NCBI GenBank assembly: GCA_004282895.1
Contig: SHLQ01000001.1
Span: forward strand, 1 to 58,054
Length of the DNA: 58,054 nucleotides
Source: Acidimicrobiales bacterium
GTDB taxonomy: Bacteria; Actinomycetota; Acidimicrobiia; Acidimicrobiales; SHLQ01
Direction of reading: 5' to 3'
The position numbers and the translations under genes are program-made. The notes beneath the pieces are model-generated. The model was not told the origin of the DNA. It made no database searches and was given only the letters and a program-made list of their open reading frames with translations. Below, one piece after another: positions 51,935 to 58,054 of this stretch. How positions within the stretch are numbered: position 1 is the stretch's first letter; every line of letters begins with the position of its first letter.

Positions 51935-52380
51935 AGGTCGGAGACAAGGTAGGGGACTTCACCGCTGTCGATCAGAACGGTGACGAGGTTCGGTTGAGTG
52001 AGCTGCTCGCCTTCGGACCCGTCGTTCTGTTCTTCTATCCCAAGGCGAAGACCCCGCTTTGAACGAAGGAAAGCTGTCATTTCCGTGACCTGGCCGCCGA
52101 TTTCAACGAAGTGAACGGCCAGCGAGTGGGAATCAGCGCAGATCCGGTGGGTCTGCAGAAGGAATTCTCCGACGAGAACAACCTCGATTTTCCGTTGTTG
52201 TCGGATCCGGACGGGTCGATCCACAAACAGTTCGGTACCAAACGTTTCGGTCCGCTTCCCGGCAAACGAGCCACGTTTGTTATTGCGACCGATGGGGAGT
52301 TGATGGCGGAGATCCGCTCGGAGACCAGCGGAACGGTTCACGCCGACGACGCCCTGCGCGTCCTACGCGGCGACGCCTGA
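51931..52380 (+). CDS. bcp: Bcp/PrxQ-type peroxiredoxin with in-frame TGA (52060-52062) at the peroxidatic Cys position: selenocysteine candidate, or a nonsense pseudogene
   Basis: The frame from ATG 51931 reads ...VVLFFYPKAKTPL-TGA-TKESCHFRDLAADF..., and the same frame continues into the track ORF 52111-52380. This aligns to E. coli Bcp [23 protein letters not shown], with the resolving Cys retained at +5. Confidence 0.7.
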
Positions 52381-52385
52381 GGTTC

Positions 52386-52778
52386 TCAGCGTTCGAGTTC
52401 GACCTCGAGTGTGTCGCCACCCCAGCCGTTGATCAGATCGCGACCTTCGATCGTCACCATCGCCACGTCCGCCGGAATCTCTATGCCGGACTTCGATCGC
52501 GTGAATGGTTGCTCGTTGGCATGGTCGTGCGTCAGTATCCGCACAGCCAGTTCTGTGCCATCGGGCGCAAGCACACGCCAGGCGTCCGCGTACCGTTCGG
52601 GGCTGTCGTAAGGCGAGGAAATGGTGACGTCGATCTTCCAGCCGTCGTCCTGCCTCGACGCCGTTGCGGCAACGACGCTCGGAAATGACGCGTCAGCCGA
52701 GCCGCTGTTCGACTGCGGGGTTGCGCCACAGCCTGCCAGCAGCGAACCACACGCAATGATGGTGAGCAGCCTGCGCAT
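52386..52778 (-). CDS. Small lipoprotein of unknown function
   Basis: Lipobox LLAGC after MRRLLTIIACGS; 130 aa. It lies immediately downstream of the PAP2-like gene. Confidence 0.6.
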   Translation of the reverse strand: MRRLLTIIACGSLLAGCGATPQSNSGSADASFPSVVAATASRQDDGWKIDVTISSPYDSPERYADAWRVLAPDGTELAVRILTHDHANEQPFTRSKSGIEIPADVAMVTIEGRDLINGWGGDTLEVELER

Positions 52779-52779
52779 C

Positions 52780-53415
52780 TCAACCGGTCAGAACCGATGA
52801 TTCTGGTTCTGCGGGGCTCTGTCGTCGGGCGAACGGTTGTGCTTCGAGAATCGCCGCCGCGATGATCAGTGACAGCGACGCCACCAGCATTGCGCCGATC
52901 ACGTCGGATGGCCAGATCTGACCGCGGATGATCAGACGCACACTGCTCAGCAGCGTGGCAAAGATCGCGATCTCGAGAAGGATGTGCCAGACGAGCTTGG
53001 GTGCACCGAACCACCAGGCGAACAACACGACCAGGCCGAAGAAGATGGTGCTCTGCACGAGTTCGATGTGGGGAAACCCGGACTCGGCGCCGACCGGTGC
53101 CGCTCGTTCCACGACGTTTTGGGTGATGGTCGCGATGATGCGACCGAGAATGAGCACCGCGATGGCCGTGGCGCCGACCCACCGATTGAAGTACGCCCCA
53201 ACGACGGCGAGCAGGATCGTGCCGCCCCACACAAGAGTTGAGGACAACAGACCCTCGGCGCGGTCCCAGCCACTGGTGTCGGCATCGTCGAGGAGCCACT
53301 CCATGACGGGCTCCTCCACCTCAAGCAGCATGTCGTGCTGGGCGGCCGCGATGGCCCCCGCGGCCACCAGAAGAACAAGTGCTGCCAGCCAGGCACGGGT
53401 CCACGAGGTCGTCAC
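52780..53415 (-). CDS. PAP2-like polytopic membrane protein with degenerate phosphatase motifs
   Basis: 211 aa with about 6 TMs. SGFPHIE stands where PAP2 has SGFPSGH, and SVRLIIRGQIWPSDVIG stands where PAP2 has SRxxxGxHxxxDV (His replaced by Gln). Confidence 0.45.
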   Translation of the reverse strand: MTTSWTRAWLAALVLLVAAGAIAAAQHDMLLEVEEPVMEWLLDDADTSGWDRAEGLLSSTLVWGGTILLAVVGAYFNRWVGATAIAVLILGRIIATITQNVVERAAPVGAESGFPHIELVQSTIFFGLVVLFAWWFGAPKLVWHILLEIAIFATLLSSVRLIIRGQIWPSDVIGAMLVASLSLIIAAAILEAQPFARRQSPAEPESSVLTG

Positions 53416-53473
53416 GGTGATGACTCTAGCCGGGTCGATTCATCCCACTAAGGTCGCAGCCCAGGAGGTCGGA

Positions 53474-54193
53474 GTGGAGCATTCAGGAGCGAGAGGAGTC
53501 GGCGTCACGGCTCATCGCGGGATTATCGCGGTGCTCCTCGCCCTCGCGGTCGCCACCCTCGCTGTTGGCTGTTCCTCGGGCGAAACGCCCGGCGGTGAGG
53601 CCTTCGATCGACACCAGGCGATCGTTCGAATCACGGCGTTGGGTTGCGGCGCGCCGGCACTCGGATCCGGCTTTGCAGTCGATGAGAACCTGATCGTGAC
53701 GAGCGGTCACCTCATAACGGGACGCACGCCCGAGTCACTCGCCGTGATTCGGCCCGACGGCACGGAAGCGGCAGCGGTGTTGGTCGCGTTTGATCAGGAT
53801 TTCGATTTGGCCGCGCTGCGAGTGGACGATGCGACGTTTCAGCCCGTCACCCTGCTGGAAACGGAGGAGGGCAGCGGCGTAGCGATCGCGGTGCGCAACC
53901 CGGACGATGTCGAAGAGATCCCGTTCGTGATCGACGACCCCGTCTATGTCAACTGGGACGGGGTTTTCCGCGACACGGAGTCGCGATTCCATGGCCTGCG
54001 TTTGGACGCCACGATCAAACGTGGCGATTCGGGCAGTGGGCTCTTCGTCTCGTCGCAGGACGTCGTTGGGTTGGTGCACTCGACCAACCGGGCAGGACTA
54101 CCGCGGGCGTATGCCGTGAGCGCGAAGCAGATCCGGGAGTGGCTGGAGACGGTGGATGACTCGACCGAGGTGGACGCGCCTCGTTGTGCCTAG
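53474..54193 (+). CDS. Trypsin-like (S1 family) serine protease lipoprotein
   Basis: GTG at 53474 lies 5 nt after AGGAGG, and the lipobox is LAVGC. The catalytic triad contexts are IVTSGHLI, DFDLAALRV and GDSGSGLF. Confidence 0.75.
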   Translation: MEHSGARGVGVTAHRGIIAVLLALAVATLAVGCSSGETPGGEAFDRHQAIVRITALGCGAPALGSGFAVDENLIVTSGHLITGRTPESLAVIRPDGTEAAAVLVAFDQDFDLAALRVDDATFQPVTLLETEEGSGVAIAVRNPDDVEEIPFVIDDPVYVNWDGVFRDTESRFHGLRLDATIKRGDSGSGLFVSSQDVVGLVHSTNRAGLPRAYAVSAKQIREWLETVDDSTEVDAPRCA

Positions 54194-54237
54194 CGGTGGG
54201 TTGGGTACGTCAGCGGCCTTTTTGAGAGGATGACACC

Positions 54238-55959
54238 ATGTCTGCTGCCAGTTTGATTACCGCCATGTTCGACGCGCTCGGTGCGCCCGGTTCGCCATTT
54301 GAGTTGGCGGAGACCGAGGTCCGAGGTCACACGATAAAAACCTACGTGGCGGCGCCGGCGGAGACTCGCCACATCTGGCTGGGGGTGGCGGCGGCCGATG
54401 ACGACGTCTACATCGTGTACGAGGACGAGCGCATGACGTATGGCGCGGCTCGCAAGCGGGTGCTCGAGATCGCGAACGCGCTGATCACGGACTACGGCGT
54501 GCAGCCGGGCGACAGCGTCGGTATCTCGATGCGCAACTACCCGGAGTGGGTCCTGTCCTGGTGGGCGGCACAGATGATCGGTGCCTGCGCGGTCGAGATG
54601 AACGCGTTCTGGGCGGGTGAGGAGCTGCAGTACGGCGTGGAAGACTCCGGATCGCGAGTGCTGATCTGCGACATCGAGCGCCACAACTCCCTGCTTCCCC
54701 ACCTCGCCGACATCAAGGCCAATGGTCTCGATCTGGCCATGATCGTCGTGCGCCCTCTGGGCGAGCTGCACGACTCTGCCACTCCCTGGGACGAGCTCGA
54801 TGGAGGCACCGACATCCCGGCGGTCGAGATCGACCCTGACGGACGATCGGCGATTGTGTACACCTCGGGCACGACCGCATTCCCGAAGGGTGTCGTTCAC
54901 AGCCAGCGCAACGTGGTCTCGAACCTGATGAACATGGGGCTGGTTACGGTGGCGCTGCGTATGGCCGAAGCCGCGGCGCAGGGTGAGGATCCGAGCGGGG
55001 CCACTGGTGAAGAAGGCCGCACGATCATGTTGGTGGCCGTACCGCTCTTCCATGTGACGGGGTCCCACTGTGTCATGTTGCCGATCACCGCCACCGGTGG
55101 GCAGCTCGTGCTCATGTACAAGTGGGATGCCTCGAAGGCGCTCGAGCTGATCGAACGCGAACGAGTCACCCACTTCACGGGTGTTCCCACCATGACGATG
55201 GACATGTTGGCCTCACCTGACTTTGAGGGTCGGGATACCTCGTCGATCACGTCGATGGGATCGGGCGGTGCGCCGAACCCGCCGCACATGGTGAGCGAAG
55301 TGAACTCGAAGATCGAGAATGCGTCGGCCGGCATCGGGTACGGCCTGAGCGAGGTCAGTGGAATCGCCACGTTGAACGGCGGCATCTTCTACGCCGAGAA
55401 GCCCGGCACGGTTGGGGTACAGCCCTCGTGCAGCGAAATGAAGGTCGTCGACGACGACGGCAACGAACAGGCGCCAGGCGAACGGGGGGAGCTGTGTATT
55501 CGTGGCCCGCACGTGTTCGTGGAGTACCACAACAAACCGGAGGAGACGGCCCAGTCGTTGGACGGCGACGGGTGGTTCCACACCGGCGACATCGCCACGA
55601 TCGACGAGGACGGCTTCGTCGCGATCGTTGACCGGGCCAAGGACGTGATCATCCGCGGTGGCGAGAACGTCGGCTCCGCGGAGATCGAGGCGGTCATCGC
55701 TCACCATGAGGACGTGCACGAAGTTGCTGCGTTCGGAGTGCCGCACGAGCGCTTGGGGGAAGAGGTCGCGATTGCCGTTCACCCTCTTTCTGGACGCTCG
55801 GTCAACCCCGCAGTCCTCCAGCAGCATGCTGCCGAACATCTGGCGGCGTACAAGGTGCCGACGCATGTGTTCGTGTACGCCGACCCGCTGCCGAAGAACC
55901 CGAACGGCAAGGTACTGAAGCGCCAGCTGCGAGACGAGGCGACGGCCAAGCTGTCCTGA
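54238..55959 (+). CDS. AMP-dependent synthetase/ligase (acyl-CoA synthetase-like)
   Basis: [14 protein letters not shown], the GYGLSE-type region and [24 protein letters not shown]; 573 aa. Confidence 0.85.
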   Translation: MSAASLITAMFDALGAPGSPFELAETEVRGHTIKTYVAAPAETRHIWLGVAAADDDVYIVYEDERMTYGAARKRVLEIANALITDYGVQPGDSVGISMRNYPEWVLSWWAAQMIGACAVEMNAFWAGEELQYGVEDSGSRVLICDIERHNSLLPHLADIKANGLDLAMIVVRPLGELHDSATPWDELDGGTDIPAVEIDPDGRSAIVYTSGTTAFPKGVVHSQRNVVSNLMNMGLVTVALRMAEAAAQGEDPSGATGEEGRTIMLVAVPLFHVTGSHCVMLPITATGGQLVLMYKWDASKALELIERERVTHFTGVPTMTMDMLASPDFEGRDTSSITSMGSGGAPNPPHMVSEVNSKIENASAGIGYGLSEVSGIATLNGGIFYAEKPGTVGVQPSCSEMKVVDDDGNEQAPGERGELCIRGPHVFVEYHNKPEETAQSLDGDGWFHTGDIATIDEDGFVAIVDRAKDVIIRGGENVGSAEIEAVIAHHEDVHEVAAFGVPHERLGEEVAIAVHPLSGRSVNPAVLQQHAAEHLAAYKVPTHVFVYADPLPKNPNGKVLKRQLRDEATAKLS

Positions 55960-56020
55960 ACGACTGCGGAACAATCGGTTCCACCAGCCAGCCACCTCGG
56001 GGTCGTCATACACTCGGGTC

Positions 56021-56659
56021 ATGCTCTTCCAACGACCCACACCCGTGATGATCACCCCCGACGAGGCATTGCCCGGCCGCGCCGAACCCGTGGCTGTCGC
56101 CGCGTCGCATCTCATACTCGGCACCTCGATGGAGCCGCCTTTTCCTGAGGGGTCCGAGCAACTGATCGTGGGTATGGGGTGTTTCTGGGGTGCCGAACGG
56201 TTCTTCTGGCAGGCCGAAGGAGTACACACGACCGCGGTTGGGTATGCCGGTGGCTACACCCCGAACCCGACGTATGAGGAGGTGTGTTCGGGCAGGACCG
56301 GGCACACCGAGGCCGTTCTCGTTGTCTATGACCCTGCGGTCGCTGCGATCGACGATCTGCTCGCGTTGTTCTGGGAGAACCACGATCCAACGACGATGCA
56401 CCGTCAGGGTAATGACGTTGGCACGCAATATCGCAGCGCCATCTACACGACTTCGGCAGAGCAGGCGGCCGCCGTCGCCGCCTCGGCCGACACGTACGCG
56501 GAGCGTCTCACGGGTGCGGGATTTGGGGAGATCAGCACGGAAATCGCCCCCGCTGGCACGTTCTATTACGCCGAGGATTATCACCAGCAGTACCTGGAGA
56601 AGAACCCCAACGGCTACTGCAACCACGGGTTCTGCCAGATCTCCTACGCCGACAACTAG
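56021..56659 (+). CDS. msrA: Peptide-methionine (S)-S-oxide reductase
   Basis: GMGCFWGAE active site, GHTEAV and YHQQYL; 212 aa. Confidence 0.9.
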   Translation: MLFQRPTPVMITPDEALPGRAEPVAVAASHLILGTSMEPPFPEGSEQLIVGMGCFWGAERFFWQAEGVHTTAVGYAGGYTPNPTYEEVCSGRTGHTEAVLVVYDPAVAAIDDLLALFWENHDPTTMHRQGNDVGTQYRSAIYTTSAEQAAAVAASADTYAERLTGAGFGEISTEIAPAGTFYYAEDYHQQYLEKNPNGYCNHGFCQISYADN

Positions 56660-56748
56660 GTCGGCTTCTCCTGCCTTCCCGCCGCCGCTAGGCTCTCGGC
56701 GTTCATGGGTCTCGCGACCCGGCGGTTTGATTGTGCAAGGAGATTGTC

Positions 56749-57813
56749 GTGTTCGATGACGAAGAAGAGGACCAAGGCTTCTTTCTGGTGGTGCTTGGGG
56801 TGCTCGCCGCCATCTTGTTGATTGTGACCGTGGTTGCTCGTCGCGACGACGCGTCGACGGCGACCGTGAGGGGCGACACCGCCGAGGAAGCCGTCGAGGA
56901 CGATGAGGATCACAGCGACGACGCCGCTGCGGCAGAAACAACCACGACCGCGGCTCCGACGACAACCACGGAGGCCCCGACCACTACGACGGAGGCCCCG
57001 ACAACAACCACCGAGGCTCCAACCACAACCGCCACCCCCGAACTCACGACCATGTGGGATGCACTCGATGACTCCGGCCAGGCCACGCAGTTCGCCACCA
57101 TCGGCAGTGCCCTTGGCCTGCAGGAGTCTCTCGAGGAAACGGAAGCCGGCGGAGCACCGCTGATCCGCACGCTGCTGGCGCCATCGGATGCCGCCATCGC
57201 TGCGCTTCCGCAAGACGTTCTGGGCGGTCTTGTCGCCGATCCTGCGGGTGCTGCAGCCCTGGTGGAGTACCACATCCTGCCGGGTCGCGTGACCCTCGAT
57301 GATCTACGGGCGCTGGACGGTCAAACCGCGACGAGCCTGAGCGGACTGCCGCTGTCGATAACCGTCGACGGTGACGATGTGATCGTCAACGGCGCCAGCC
57401 GTCTGAGCGACGGCGACTTTGACAGCGACAATGGCATGGTCCATATCATCGACCAGATCCTGACCCCACCGACCGTGAACGAGGTTCTCGGGCTCGAGAA
57501 CATCGAGTTCGAGTCCGGTTCAGCTGTCATCACGGCTGCGGGTCAGACGGAGCTCCAGAAGGCGATCACCTTCTTCTCCGAGAACGAGGCCTTGTCGGCG
57601 CAGATTCAGGGTCACACCGACACGAGCGGCGATGCCGAGTTCAACCTTGGTCTGTCCCAGGCCCGGGCGGACTCGGTTCAGCAGTTCCTGACCGACAACG
57701 GCATCGCGGCGGACCGACTGGAGGCCGTTGGCTTCGGCGAGACCCAACCGATCCTTGTTGATGGCGTGGAGGATCAGGCGGCGAGCCGTCGGATCGAGTT
57801 CGTCGTCCGATAG
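56749..57813 (+). CDS. Membrane-anchored fasciclin (FAS1) domain protein with C-terminal OmpA-like peptidoglycan-binding domain
   Basis: GTG at 56749 lies 6 nt after AAGGAG (the track opens at TTG 56731). It has a TM FFLVVLGVLAAILLIVTVV and a TTTTEAP repeat linker. The FAS1 pattern is TLLAPSDAAIAALP...YHILPGRV...MVHIIDQILTP. The OmpA pattern is IQGHTDTSGDAEFNLGLSQARADSV...GFGETQPI. Confidence 0.75.
   Translation: MFDDEEEDQGFFLVVLGVLAAILLIVTVVARRDDASTATVRGDTAEEAVEDDEDHSDDAAAAETTTTAAPTTTTEAPTTTTEAPTTTTEAPTTTATPELTTMWDALDDSGQATQFATIGSALGLQESLEETEAGGAPLIRTLLAPSDAAIAALPQDVLGGLVADPAGAAALVEYHILPGRVTLDDLRALDGQTATSLSGLPLSITVDGDDVIVNGASRLSDGDFDSDNGMVHIIDQILTPPTVNEVLGLENIEFESGSAVITAAGQTELQKAITFFSENEALSAQIQGHTDTSGDAEFNLGLSQARADSVQQFLTDNGIAADRLEAVGFGETQPILVDGVEDQAASRRIEFVVR
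56953..57036 (+). repeat. Four tandem 21-nt units encoding APTTTTE-type Thr/Pro linker
   Basis: gctccgacgacaaccacggag / gccccgaccactacgacggag / gccccgacaacaaccaccgag / gctccaaccacaaccgccacc. Confidence 0.8.
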
Positions 57814-57849
57814 TGAAGCCCTGCGAAGGATTTGAGTAAGTCCTTGTGA

Positions 57850-57890
57850 AGAAGAGGTCGGTGTCGCCCCGGGCGGCCCCGGCCTCTTCT
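57850..57890 (+). terminator. Candidate intrinsic terminator after the fasciclin-OmpA gene
   Basis: A 12-bp stem (AGAAGAGGTCGG at 57850-57861 pairing with CCGGCCTCTTCT at 57879-57890, including one G-U pair) is followed by ACGTTTGTG. Confidence 0.5.
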
Positions 57891-57902
57891 ACGTTTGTGC
57901 CT

Positions 57903-58054
57903 ATGGTTTCCACCCCGGACGACGCCGCGTCAACCCCTTTGCTGCTGGCCGAAGATGATCAAAGCGTGCGCGAGTCGTTGGAGCGCGCACTGCGGTTCGA
58001 GGGCTACGACGTCCACGCCGTCACGGATGGCTCGGAGGCTCTCGAAGCGCTGCT
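57903..58054 (+). CDS. Two-component response regulator, receiver domain (5' partial; runs off the window)
   Basis: ATG at 57903. The translation MVSTPDDAASTPLLLAEDDQSVRESLERALRFEGYDVHAVTDGSEALEAL shows the typical receiver N-terminus (acidic pair ED). Confidence 0.7.
   Translation, partial: MVSTPDDAASTPLLLAEDDQSVRESLERALRFEGYDVHAVTDGSEALEAL

Noticed and set aside
54190-56965. Minus-strand ORFs (54190-55173, 55213-56229, 56006-56965) lie opposite the acyl-CoA synthetase and msrA genes.
   Set aside because: The plus-strand genes carry complete AMP-binding and MsrA signatures. The antisense frames are Arg/His-rich with no motifs.

Overview
GC-rich, gene-dense chromosomal window with an actinobacterial look: long type-2-like IleRS, a PspC-sensor kinase/LuxR module, Ino1, Maf, and long spurious antisense ORFs typical of high GC. 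The lineage cannot be fixed without a database search. I support about 50 protein genes. I saw no rRNA, tRNA, CRISPR array, transposase or integrase. Coordinates 50-19177 form a cell-surface glycan region. It holds two GH26-like secreted hydrolases and then an 8-gene operon with overlapping stops and starts (3019-11020). That operon encodes a Wzz/BY-kinase-like protein, a split Alg14/Alg13 glycosyltransferase whose Alg13 half is fused to a sulfotransferase, a GT2, a Wzy/O-antigen-ligase-like protein, an APH-fold kinase and a second sulfotransferase. Next come ino1, a LysR-TauE pair, a BI-1 protein, an asparaginase-II-like gene coupled to a Wzm/Wzt ABC exporter, and a flavin oxidoreductase. The middle of the window has nrdAB behind a long structured leader, an ileS-rlmB-like-MFS operon, and two large secreted beta-propeller proteins, one with an orphan TadG-type N-terminus. 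It also carries reverse transsulfuration genes (cbs, metB), dus, maf and galE. The right third has an MscS channel, the PspC/kinase/regulator envelope-stress module, a PHB-depolymerase-like esterase, a homocysteine methyltransferase, a hydantoinase-like gene, msrA, an acyl-CoA synthetase and a fasciclin-OmpA fusion. The most notable hidden signal is a Bcp/PrxQ peroxiredoxin gene (51931-52380) that the ORF track splits. An in-frame TGA sits exactly at the peroxidatic cysteine position, which makes it a selenocysteine candidate. Other leads are the apparent sulfated-glycan locus, a degenerate BY-kinase, cysteine-stapled propeller blades, and two families of small palindromic or tandem intergenic repeats.
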